Below, piece after piece: positions 27,630-39,020 of a stretch of 64,000 nucleotides of DNA. A program made the position numbers and the translations under genes. The stretch covers positions 13,082,001 to 13,146,000 of the forward strand of contig OZ249445.1 in NCBI GenBank assembly GCA_965235115.1, given 5' to 3'. Position 1 is the first letter of the stretch. Each line of letters opens with the position of its first letter. The notes under the pieces were generated by a model. It saw only the letters and a list, made by a program, of their open reading frames with translations. It had not been told where the DNA came from and did no database searches. The stretch is from Laetmonice hystrix. Lineage: Eukaryota.

Positions 27630-30600
27630 GTTGGGCTAGGATAGGACAATGTTATGCAACTCTATTCAGGAAATTTTTATTTTCTGCCGCAGTACATCTT
27701 TGATCAGGCTCCAGATTTTAAATGCTTCAAATGATGAGGAAGCAGTGTTGGTCGTGAAAGGAAGGAAGGGGATGGGAGCATTAGATGGTCAGTTACTGAT
27801 CAGTTCGGAGCAGGAAGTTTTAAGCCTGCGTTTGTAATGAGCTGTGGTCTCACACATTGTTACATGTACATTGGGAGCTGTAGGAAACTCGTGACAATCG
27901 GACATTGGAGTGTGAGATATTTTCTGAGCGAGATCCCTACTGAGGGGTGGCCATCCAGGCAGGGACAAGTGGGTCGATTTTGGCCCTTTTACAGGGTTTC
28001 CCCCAGGATTTTCAAACTGGGGAGGGGGGGGATCAGCAGGAGCAGGACACAGATAAATCAGCAGCAGCCACCCGCATCACTTGAAGGCTGGGCGGGGGGG
28101 GGGGGGGGGTTAGGCAGTATAGTTTGTTCTCCTGCCTATAACCACTTGTTTTTTTTTCTTCATAACTCAGCAAGCATTGCAAAAAATTACTTCAAATTTT
28201 TTCTGATAAAAATTGTCTAAAATGAACTCCCCCCCCCCCCCCCACTAAGGATCCAGCCCCAGGTTAGTGTGACAATTTATGGCTGTAGGATAGCAGATGT
28301 ACACATTCAACTTGCATTTGAAATTTCGTATCACTGAAAATTAGTGGGGGGGGGAGATATCCCCCCCACAGATCCTGAGTGGGAGGGGGGGGGTTGAACC
28401 CCCCGGGGAAACCCTGTTTTTGTACCCTCGCTGAGAGCTACTGAGGAGTGGCCATCCAGGCAGGGACAAGTGGGTCGATTTAGGCCCCTTTAGTACCCTT
28501 GCTGAGAGCTACTGAGGGTTGGCCATCCAGGCAGAGACATGTTGGATAATTTAGGCCCCTTGAACCTACGGTGCTTACTTTAAGTAGGAAATGTGGGCAT
28601 GGACAAGAGCTCTATTTGACATGGCTAGTAAAGTTTTAATGGCAGGTAGTGTAGTGGCGGGTACTGAAGCGTACCTAGTCTTTAGGTATAGTTCGTTGGA
28701 GTCTAGGTATCCGATAAAAGGGAATGAGGCCGTAACTCATAATTCCTAGTAATTACAACTGGTAACTCTGTGGCTGGAGTTAATACCAGGCACATTGAGG
28801 GCACATTGTGGACTCTCTCCTTGATACGTCAGTGTCTGCCAGAATTCAGTGTAATACCTTTAATTTAGATACTTGGGGGTACAAGTTAGTGATAGGGAAT
28901 AGATAGATAGATAGGAATAGAATAGGGTAGAACAATGTTATATAGTCTGTCCCGGAAATTATTTTTATTTCCTGCCGCAGTCCGTCTTCGATCAGGCTCC
29001 AGACGTTAAATGGATTAAGGGAGGAGGAAGCAGTGCTGGTAGTGTAGTCTCCATCTGTGGTCGTAGAAGAGATTTGTTAGGTCTCCCTTTACAATTTGTA
29101 AAGCCTTTAAGGGGCGGATAAAGGATTTTTGGTAAGGAGGAGAGTTTTGGGGGAGAACTAGCTTGGGGGGGGGGGATTAGCATGATGAATTCATAAAGTT
29201 CAATGGAGAAAAAAAAAGAGAAGAAAATGGCTGCCGGTGGGTTGGGGATGGGGGGTTAGCACGATCAATTCATAAAGTTCAATTGAGAAAAAAAATAGAA
29301 GAAAATGGCTGCGGGGGGGGGGGGGGGGGGGGGTTAAACCCACTAAACGCCACCCCCGGATCCAACACTGCTTTTGGTGACCCTTAAGGGTCAAACGTAC
29401 ATCTGGAGAGGGTGCTACAGAGGGACCATCTGAAACAGGAGACAGTGGGTGAGGTCTGTATTGATCCTGTGTAAGAAAGGGGGTGGGGGTATAATAGATG
29501 GTCAGTTACTGGTCAGTTTGAGTAGGAAGTTTTAAGCCTACGTTTGTGTTGAGCTCTGGTCCCACACCTTCTTACATGTAGTCTATTGAGATTTGTAGGA
29601 ACAAATCGCACATTGGTGTGTGAGATATTTTGATTGTGAAATATCCAGGCCAATTTAGGCCCCTTTAGTACCCTTGTTGAGAGCTACAGTTGTTAAAGTC
29701 GGAAATACAATACAAATATAGGTATAGTATTCTGATTTTTGGGTCCCATATCGTGACATTGTAGCGTATTTTCAGGACAGTCACGTGGTACAAATGTACA
29801 GTCAGATTGCTTAGCAAGTATAATATTGGCATGTACTGTATAGTATAGACAAGAGTTCTATTTTACATGGTTAATGAAGTTTTTTAAAGGCAGGTAGTTC
29901 AGTTACGGATAATGGGGGGGGGGGGGGTATGGGTGTTACTCTTTCGGAATAGTTATTTCGGTATACATGTAGTTATTTTATTGGGGTCTAAGGATCTGAT
30001 AAAGGGAATGAGGCCGTACTCACTAGTAATTACAACTAGTAATTCTGTGACTCGATTCAATGCCAGGCGCATTGAGGGGAATGGACTGTCTTTGATATGA
30101 TGAGAGCCAGAATTCAGTATGATTTAGATACTTTGGGTACAGGCGATATTAAACTCGACTTGAGAGTTTGCCGTCTGTCCATCCAGACAGTAACAAACCG
30201 GAGTGGAAGATGTCTGGCTTGTTCAGCGTGGTATTAATACCGGCAATCTGAAGTTGATATAGCTTCTTATTATCTGCTGGCCAACCTGGGAATGCCACAG
30301 TATATACACGCTGAGTTCTTTAGAAATATTTGAAGGATGGGTAGAAGAGGTCAGGTGGGAGGAATTACGGTAGCCTTAATTACAGTCGTAATGGGTGATA
30401 TAATGGGTACAAATATTGGTATAGTATTCCGATTTTTGGGTCCCATATCGTGACGTTGTATCGTATTTTCAGGACGGTCACGTGGTACAAATGTACAGTA
30501 TAGGCAAGAGTTCTGTTTTACATGGTTAATGTTTTTTTAAAAGCAGGTAGTTCAGTTACGGATAATGGGGGGGGGGGGGGTGTATGGGCGTTACTCTTTC

Positions 30601-31130
30601 GGTATAGTTATTTTTTTGGTGTAGTTATTTTATTGGGGTCTAAGGATCCGATAAAGGGGAATGAGGCCGTACTCATAATTACTAGTACATATGTAATTAC
30701 AACTGGTAATTCTGTGACTGGAATCGATGCCAGGCGCATTGAGGGGAATGGGCTGTCTTTAATATGATGACAGCCAGAATTCAGCATGATCCCTTTAATT
30801 TAGATACTTGAGGTACAGGCTATATTAAACTCGACTTGAGAGTTTGCCGCCTGTTTTTTTTCTCACCACGTGTAAGTGGATGAAGTGTTGTATCAGGACC
30901 GGCTGTCCCCCCAGACAGTAACAAACCGGAGTGGAAGATGTCTGCCGGTATTAATACCACACTGAACGAGCTGAAGTTGATATAGCTTGTTATGATCTGC
31001 TGGCCGACCTGGGAATGCCGCAGTATTTACACGCTGAGTTATAAATCTTTAGAAATATTTGAAGGATGGGGAGAGCAGGTCGTGTGGGTGAGAGGAATTA
31101 GCCTTAATTACAGTCGTAATGGGTGAACAA
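27630..31130 (+). repeat. Degenerate internal direct duplications
   Basis: Repeated blocks: 27630-27760/28920-29045; 27775-27930/29490-29640; 28590-28880/29845-30140/30500-30820; 29700-29800/30410-30500; 30140-30400/30820-31130. Confidence 0.8.
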
Positions 31131-31546
31131 AGGCCCGTTTTGAATTGGCGGCCTATATGGCCATTGTAGGATCAGTACTAGTTGTGACGTCAAAGGTTGA
31201 CCCATATCATTGACTTGTGTTGTGTGACCAAAGTGAATGTTATACTTTCAGTTATGTATTGTATGGAGTCATAGATTTCAATGTTGTTGGGTGAACTCAT
31301 ATTCTTGTTGACTTATACAGTAGGGATCTCACTCTGGTTTGCAGTTGTCTACTTCACCAAGTACTTTGATGACGCAGCGGTTGACATGGCGGTTCTGCTG
31401 TGATTTGGTACTTAGTAATACAGTGGGCATGTTAAACCTTTTCAGTACAGGTTCGGCCTTGAGAACGAACTGAGGTACGCATGGACTTGGGTACTCGTGA
31501 TCACTGGGCCTGAACAGGTCACTTGGTCAGTCTCTTGCTGGGTCGA

Positions 31547-31689
31547 GTGCCCCTGGTGGAGAGTTCGGTCCTCTGTGACTGATCACTTGGCCAGCCTCTT
31601 GCTGGATCAGCGCACCCTGGTGGTGAGCTCGGTCATCAGTGGCCAATCACCTGCCCAGTGCCTTGCTGGCTCGAAGCGCCCCCTGGTGG
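31547..31689 (-). promoter_or_regulatory. Array of three CTCF-consensus motifs, reverse orientation
   Basis: gcgccccctggtgg (31676-31689), gcgcaccctggtgg (31610-31623), gtgcccctggtgg (31547-31559). Confidence 0.55.
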
Positions 31690-32884
31690 CGAAAAACGGA
31701 ACCCCAAAAAAAGTTGAAATATAGGCTATCTCTTTTCGATTTTTACTGCGCGGTCACGGGGCATTTTTTTTTGAGAAATAAAAGAAATATATATATAACA
31801 AATTTTCATCTTTATTATCACACAACACATACAATACGAAACTTAAAATTACCTAGTGTCCACGCTGGACGAATATCGTGAAAATACTTAGTATTTTTCG
31901 GAAACATTTGAGGCAGGAAACGGCATATTGAATTGAATACAAGGGACTGAACATTGAAGCAATACACAAGATTAGTACATTGAAGACAAGGGATTGAACA
32001 AATATAAAATTTACATCGGAATATTACAATAAATAGAACATTACACTGAATAAATGAAGTTACAAGATTAGAATGTATCCCCTGCTGCAACATACTTTAA
32101 AATAGTAAAACCTTGAACTTTAACATACGTTTACAACAGTACACCTTCAATAACATACTTTTAAAACCGGACAACCTTCAATAACATACTTTTAAAACAG
32201 TACAAACTCCAACAATAAATACATAGATTATTACACACAATTGAATTACAATTACACAAGAAGAATAATTCAAGCGCTACTAAACATGAAGAAACAAGGA
32301 AAAATATCTGAATGAAAGAACATTAAATATAATACATAGGGAATAAACATTAAATTAAAACAGTAACGAACATGACAGTGTATCAAGGAAAAACAAGCGC
32401 ACAGTAACAAATTAAACAGAATGTATCCCCTACAGCTGTGATACAGCATATGTCAAACACATAGATTAAAAGAGTAAAACCTATTAGGGAGCACCTGGCT
32501 AACCAACATTGAAACTCTTCAAAACTTATAGTAAAACCTCTATTAGGGAACACCTGGCTAAACAACAGTGAAACTCTTCAAAGATTACAAACACTTGACA
32601 GCTAGTATGTACCCCGATGTGGACTAAACCCGTACCTTTAGGAAACAATTTTCTGTCAGTCACAAAGTGTTCCCTGCGTGGTTTTACTGTAATACCTGTA
32701 GAGAGTACCGTACTCTATGTCAACAACTTTACAACATTCCAGATATACATTGTGATCACATTTCATACAACCACATAGTATTTCGAGTACCAAATTATTT
32801 GGAGGCAGGAAACTGGGGGGGGGGGGGGGGGGGGGGGGGACCGGGAAATAGCGAGTCTATTTGAGTTGAGAAGAGAACAGATAT

Positions 32885-33130
32885 TTCCAGAGCTATTAAA
32901 TTTTATATAACAAGAGGAGATGAGAAATAATTCAAGAGGTACCAAATTTTATATAAGAGGAAGAAAAGAGTTAAATATTTCCAGAGCTACGAAATTTTAC
33001 ATGAGGAAGACTAGATAAATATTTCAACAGCCACTAAATTTTATATAAGAGAAAGGGAGAGGTAAATGTTTCAAGAGCTACTAAATTTTATATAAGAGGG
33101 AGAGAAGAAATTTCATATAAGAGGGAGAGA
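32885..33130 (+). repeat. A-rich degenerate minisatellite (agagctactaaattttatataagag)
   Basis: About five degenerate copies. Confidence 0.7.
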
Positions 33131-33522
33131 TATTTTAAATAGAGCATGACTGGAGGAAATAAAAGAACAAACACAAGAGTGAAAAAAGAAACGCACTACA
33201 CGTATCCCCTGCTGCTCTGGATACATTACTGTATCCCCTGGATACATGGCTGTATCCCCTGCTGCTGTGGATACATCACATTTCAAACATATACTTTATT
33301 CATATTTACCCAGGTTTTTATAGTAAAACCTCCAATAGGGAATACCTGGTTCACAAGGTGAAACAATTTTAAATGTTTGACTTGATAGTTTGAAACACCT
33401 ATCAGGCCCGAGATGGAAGACCTTCTGTGAACGAACACATACTTCTATCTAAGGAATTACTCGTGTCCGTCACAAATTGGGGCTCGAAACTGTTTGGGCT
33501 GAATGCACCCATCCTTTACACC

Positions 33523-33833
33523 GGGAGGTGGTGGTGTCGGCATGGCAGTACGGGAGGTGGTAGTCTGGTCATGGTAGTACGGGAGGTGGTGGTCTGGTGT
33601 TGTCACGGCAGCAGTATGGGATATGGTAGCCTTGTCATCAGTCATGGTGGTGGTACCGGAGGTGGTGGACTTGTGATGGCAGCAGTACCGAGGTGGTGCC
33701 CTCGTCATGGCAGAGTATGGGATGTGGTGGCCTTGTCATGGCAGCAGTACCTAAGGTGGTAACCTCGTCATGGCAGCAGTAGGAATGTGGTAACCTCGTC
33801 ATGGCAGCAGTACGGGATGTGGTGGCCTTGTCA
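33523..33833 (+). repeat. ~32-bp minisatellite (gtggtggccttgtcatggcagcagtacgggat)
   Basis: About ten degenerate tandem copies. Confidence 0.85.
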
Positions 33834-34194
33834 GGGACATTGGAATGGTCTCGGAGGTCTTGTCTTGTATACCAAGTGGTGATGTCAATACGACCACTGA
33901 CCCATTTACACACGGTCTCTGAAACATCAAACACATTAAAGGTCAACGTATATATAAACCTCTCAAAAAAGTTCTGTTAGACTTATTTCTGTTCAATTAT
34001 TCCTCTTTGATGTATTTTACAACACAACTATTGATTTATATACCGTGGTAGAGAACATGAAATTTGAATAAATGACCCCCAAAGGAAGCCAGTACATTAA
34101 GAAATCATTGAACATGAGCTAAAGAAAGATGAAGGTCACGTTTTTAAATTTCACAAAATTCTTGCTAAAACAGCTGTGGAGAAAATCATTGATC

Positions 34195-34510
34195 ATGGTT
34201 AGGCTTTCAAGTCTGGAGCAGGCTCGTGCAATTGGTCTTTTGGTATCAGCATGGAACAAAGGATGTGTTGTCAGGCATTCAAGGCATTGGCTTCAAGTAC
34301 GATATTGTCAGGCATTCAAGGCTTCAGGCTTCAAGTACGATGTTGTCAGGCATTCAAGGCTTCAAGTACAATGTCAGGCATTCAAGGCTTCAAGTACGAT
34401 GTTGTGGGGCATTTAAGGCTTCAGGCTTAAAGTACGATGTCGTCAGGCATTTTGGTGTGCACAGGCAAACCATCTCCAGGCATTTTTTGTGGAACAGTGG
34501 GTCGAATCGG
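34195..34510 (+). pseudogene. Tc1 transposase N-terminal HTH remnant split by a minisatellite
   Basis: MVRLSSLEQARAIGLLVSAWNKGCVVRH...[repeat]...VVRHFGVHRQTISR, matching the Tc1 paired-like motif RAIG.L..G....VARHFGVH..TISR; frameshifted by the repeat. Confidence 0.75.
34267..34452 (+). repeat. 31-38-bp minisatellite (gttgtcaggcattcaaggcttcaagtacgat)
   Basis: About five to six copies, each beginning with the VVRH codons of the transposase. Confidence 0.85.
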
Positions 34511-34522
34511 GCATTTAATTAA

Positions 34523-34688
34523 AGCGACAGTCTCGTCCTTCAGCATTGCCATCCTAACGGTCGATGTGCTGTTTATAGACGTCAGTTCCCATGCTGTAGC
34601 ATAGGAGCTGACGTCTATAAATAGTAGGCCTACATCGACTGTCAGGATGGAAGCCTATCGCACAATGCTGAAGGACGAGACTGTCGCT
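34523..34688. mobile_element. 166-bp almost fully palindromic MITE, TTAA-type end
   Basis: TTAA|agcgacagtctcgtccttcagcattg ... caatgctgaaggacgagactgtcgct|TTAC; further nested stems (ccatcct..gtcgatgt, tttatagacgtcag). Confidence 0.8.
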
Positions 34689-35339
34689 TTACAGCATGCG
34701 TAGACTTTATGTACGGTGTATTGATGCTATATTGGTGGCTATACAAGTTATTGATGTTTTCATGTAAAAACATGATTTCAGCTTTCCTCATTGTGCTTAG
34801 GCTGTCTTTTGTCTGGTTGGTAAAAATTGAACGATTTTATCCACAGCTGTTTTAGCAAGAATTTTGTGAAATTTGAAAACGTGACCTTCATCTTTCTGCA
34901 GCTCATGTTCAATGATTTCTTACCGTACTGGCTTCGTTTGGGGGGCATTTATTCCGCAGTTTCATGTTCTTCACCACGGTATATACATCATAGTTGTACA
35001 AAGATATCAAACAGAAATAATTGAACAGAAATAAGTGTAACAAAACGTTTTTTGAGAGGTTTATGTATATGCATGTGTAAAAATTCATGGTTGTTCCATA
35101 ATCAGTTTGTAACAGCTCAGCAGAAAAGTTTAAATCAGTCGTAACACTGCAGGACTTGTGGCTTTGACCACACTAAACTTTGTCACCTAACTTAATGAAT
35201 TAATTCGGAAATGTCACACGATGGGGGACAGGATCGACACTCTTAATGCTTACCTTTGACATATACATGTCAAGGATTAGATTTCTTTAAAAAACGACTA
35301 TAAGACAAACAGGATGGGGCAGGGACATCTACCTGTTCA

Positions 35340-35945
35340 ATGACTACCGTCAGAGCCGTGGGTTGTCTCGGAGGGTTTCTTAGTTCTCAGAGTTATGTGA
35401 CACTGTCTATCGCACCCCACTCACAACTTGTCTCTGAAACATTAACGGTCAATTTATACCTGCTCACATACATGCATGCTCAATGTTTCTGGGAGCTTTA
35501 TGATTGTACTCAAGCAGACCTTTCATCTTTCTACAGCTCATGTTCAATGATTTTTTACCGTAACGGTGGGATAGTGAGGTGGGACGTTCCAAAGTATCGC
35601 GCTGAGCACCCAGAATTTCCTAACCTGAATGAGCTCAGCGATGGGTTGTTGCAAGCAAATCGCTTGTTGCGTCGCCTAGTGTAGCACCAGCTTTAGGTGA
35701 CACAAATGAGGGCAGAGACTGTCACTCTTTTCGTTTACCTTTTTTGTTCAGTGATTATACCATGTAGTCACAGCCGTGGGTTGTCTTGGAGGTTTCAAGT
35801 TCTTGAAGCGGTTGCATGAGACACCGTCCAATCACAGGCCACTCACGACTTGGCTCTGAAACATTAACAGTCACTTTATACTTGCTCACCTACATGTGTG
35901 TAAAATGGTTCCCGGCTATTATATAACTGTGCTCAAGCAGATTTT
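35340..35945 (+). mobile_element. Additional Tc1-like fragments (two direct ~170-bp copies plus a C-terminal-like frame)
   Basis: 35340-35510 is similar to 35765-35940; shares ttcatctttct.cagctcatgttcaatgatt with the TIR; frame HPEFPNLNELSDGLLQ...RRLV resembles a Tc1 C-terminus. Confidence 0.45.
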
Positions 35946-36989
35946 GGACTTGCCGTCACTGCACTCGACTTGCTGGAATGGTCTGGTATGGTATGGTCCA
36001 GTATGACCAGACACGCAAAACTCTTGACCCAATCAATATCATCTGGTAACCCGGTTCTAGTCTGTCGTCACTGACCCGGGGACATCGTGTCACCGCAGCT
36101 CGTATATGTGTCAAACAGCACCACACTGACTAACTTTCAACAACTAATCATTTGTCTTCTTTTATACACTGCAAATGTGCCTTAGCGACTCACAGAACAT
36201 CTTGAGTTGTCAAAGGGCATCGCTGGGTTCAGCCCCGTGCGTGGGAGGATGCTCAGAGTGTAGTGGGACCGCGATTTGTTTTGATTTAAGATCTGGCTGA
36301 AGAATGCTTGTAAGAACTGTCCTGATTGGTCGCAAGGTTGTCGGTGATTGGTTAAATCTCCTGAGCTAAATATGAGTTTTGCTCCTGGTTATGCCAGGGC
36401 GTATACGTAAGCATACAAAGCACCTAAACGTTACGCACTGGTCACAGGATGATCAAGATTGGCAGTAAAGTATAAATTGCTCTATCGCTGCATGACCCAC
36501 TGCAGTTCACCTCCAGCGTTTGTGGCTCCCCCCGTGGGGATCAGGGGTAAGAATGATCCTGAGCTCAACCCCTGGCTGTTTGTGAAGGATGACAATTGGG
36601 GCAAGAGCTGGTGTGGGGAAGTTGTTGAGTGTTTGATTTCTCTGGCTGGCCCTTACTGGGGCATCAAAAGTTTTGGTATGTCCACCATAATGTACCCCTC
36701 ATTTAGGATACAACATTATAATAACAATTTTCTGTTTCTCAACTTTCAGATCCTTTATAAAAAAAACAAGCAAAGGGTCTGGCATTTCGGTTTCCACTTT
36801 GCCGGTACGTGTAGTCCTAGGGAAGACGTCTGGATGCACAATTAGTGGAAAACTGATTCAACTCCAATCTGACATGGAAGCTGCACATGGAATTCTAGTA
36901 TGTACATGGCATTTTGATTTATTGTGATGAAATTTTGAAGAGGCTGGTTGTGCACGAAAGTTGCAACAAAGTTGCATATTGTACGCCTT

Positions 36990-37480
36990 AAAGGTGCATA
37001 TTATCAGGAAACAGGAAAAATCGGTATTTCAAAGAACTTTTGCTGTTTTTATGAAGAGATCCTTCATAAAAATTGCTTGGTAAACACAGACAGACTTATC
37101 AGTTCCATTGTGCATGAGAAATCGAAGTTTTTGGAACCCCCTTGCTGGCCATTTGGAAAAACGCCTCTGCCCACCGTTTGCATGTCAATTTTGTTGACAC
37201 ACGTGACACTCAGAACCCTCGAACATGCTCAGACGGTTTGTTTTGAAGCACTTAACGGCTCACGAATGCGACATGGAGATGGCGAGTATAAACGCTGAAT
37301 ATTTCGCGTGTATACGTTTAGTGTTATCAGTCAGGAAATTGTCTGACACTCGATCGTGGTGGAAGGAGTCGGGGAAACAATGGCGGCTCGGGAACGAATC
37401 GTGCGTGTCTTGCGTGTCACACCCCCGCACTATCATGCTCTCTCGGCACTTGAGGTACCAACACCTCGCCAATGACCCCC
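36990..37480 (-). mobile_element. Possible Kolobok-like end with a decayed THAP-like frame
   Basis: TTAA|AGGTGCATA end with no partner found; minus frame IVRGC...FPD...DRVSDNFLTD loosely resembles THAP C-V-GC / FP / VCS.HF motifs. Confidence 0.25.
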
Positions 37481-37926
37481 TTGCCTTGGTTTCCGAGACT
37501 GACTTGCTATCTTTTTCAACTTCTATATCTTTCTTTCCTTGACCAGTTCTCTGCCGATTCCGTAAAATACTTTTTGGGTGGCATTCTGATGCCAAACGAT
37601 GCCGAGTGCAACTGCTGAATTGTTTACAACTAAGTGAAGCATGTGACCAAGCACCTGCAGAGAGTGCACACACAGGATGTGACGCAGTATCCGATTACAT
37701 GGGTTGATGGGAGGTTGTCTCCCAAATTATGGCAGGAGATGTGCTATCGGGAGAAATCTGTAAGTTTAGTCTTATGGCACCTACTTGTGCTGCATACACA
37801 GCGATAACACGTGCCCATTTCGGACTCAAGTGAGCCCCCCCCCCCCCGGACAAACCTACCTGGAGCCAAAACCAGTATTACTATCAGGGCTAATGCATTT
37901 CAGTGTCAGTTTTGAGTTGGTTAATA

Positions 37927-38385
37927 GCTCCGCGTTAAGGATGTGGGAGAAGTCATAGAGAACTTACCAAATGCGGCGGTTGGCTTGGTTTCAACGCCAA
38001 TTTCAAATCCCTGTCACGATGTCTACTTACAATGAAATGCCCGTGTTAATGTGCATAGATTTCGCTAAATCATCGTGCAAGACATCGTCTATTCCCAATG
38101 TGATTTTGACTGTACGGGCCTTTTGTTGTAAATTGAAACCGCCGTTTCAAGCCATTTCAGCTCCTCCGTTGCCATTTTGAAAGGAGGTCGGTTTCATTTG
38201 CACATGCGCAGTACCAACAAACAACAAAGGCAGACAGGAATGAATCCTCAGTTCAGTATATGAAAACAGCCATAATATATTACAGAAGTGCATTACTTCC
38301 TAAACTGTGTGCTGCACACCGTCAGATGTAAAGGGAAGTAATCATGTATTCGTAGAGATATGAATCGGTGCCGTTTCTTTATTTG
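37927..38385 (+). repeat. Dispersed ~0.47-kb repeat, copy 2
   Basis: Homologous to 18483-18976, with small internal deletions. Confidence 0.85.
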
Positions 38386-38789
38386 AAGGGATTTTGCAAA
38401 ATCTCTATGACTCTGCCAACGACCCTAATACGCTAGTGTATATGGGAGAGTCAACGGCTATGATGTCACATGCCTTAATCACTTAAGTTATTGATTGTTA
38501 CGGTGTTCTTACGAATCTACCAACCATGAACCATCATGTGCTGTCTACAAACTGTCAATATTTACCTACAAAATATTGACAAGTAATATTCCTCAGAATA
38601 GTGTTTACTACCCACACCCCTCACTAGAAGGCAGCAACATTGACGTCTTTGCACAATAATGACGCTGAAGGGCATGCGGAGATATCGGCATTGACAGTAT
38701 GGTGTGTTGAATGTCGTTAGTCGAGAAGACTTTTCTGACAGCTGGATTTCCCACTAGGCCAAACCACTGCAGCCGTCTGAGCAATGTTT

Positions 38790-39020
38790 GCCACCTGCCT
38801 TTGTGCTTCTGCACAACCACCGTACTATTCACCCAGTCAGTCGGCTCGACTACTTTCTGGATAATATTGTGTCGTCCTATCCAATCAAGTTCCTTTTTCA
38901 GCTTTTCCTTGAGGGCGACAGGCACTCTCTATGGAGGACAGCTGGCTTAGCATCAGTACTCGTTGGGACATTTCCCGATGCCGTCATAAAAATCCTTGTA
39001 TTATAATTCATTGGTCAGCC
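38790..39020 (-). pseudogene. Old Gypsy (Mag/K02A2.6-like) pol fragment, pre-RT/RT N-terminus
   Basis: YKDFYDGIGKCPNEY...RVPVALKEKLKKELD...IIQKVVEPTDWVNSTVVVQK, the typical RRVP.AL...LK.EL / EPT.WVN..VVV.K motif. Confidence 0.8.

Larger units (their letters stand above)
26945..31765. mobile_element. Unclassified 4.8-kb fold-back unit bounded by ~580-bp imperfect inverted repeats (26945-27520 / 31180-31765)
   Basis: The arms align base-by-base in inverted orientation from ccccgtg at the outer edge to cctttga(t/c)gtcac inside. The interior is a degenerate duplication mosaic; no transposase recognised. Confidence 0.75.
33953..35065 (+). mobile_element. Internally deleted Tc1-like transposon with ~240-bp TIRs
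   Basis: TA|tataaacctctcaaaaaag ... tttttgagaggtttatg|TA; 33953-34190 is the inverted counterpart of ~34830-35065; the transposase N-terminus starts just inside the left TIR. Confidence 0.8.

Noticed and set aside
26500-31765. NUMT (GT-skewed mitochondrial insertion)
   Set aside because: No mitochondrial protein, rRNA or tRNA motif was recognised; not excluded without a search.
36167-36690. Plus-strand exons (RLTEHLELSKGIAGFSPV; ...GPYWGIKSFG)
   Set aside because: Splice sites are plausible but could not be chained in phase, and no protein family was recognised.
18483-38385. The two 0.47-kb repeats as LTRs of one element
   Set aside because: No TG...CA ends, PBS, PPT or TSD; the copies are diverged and the interval is unrelated mixed sequence.
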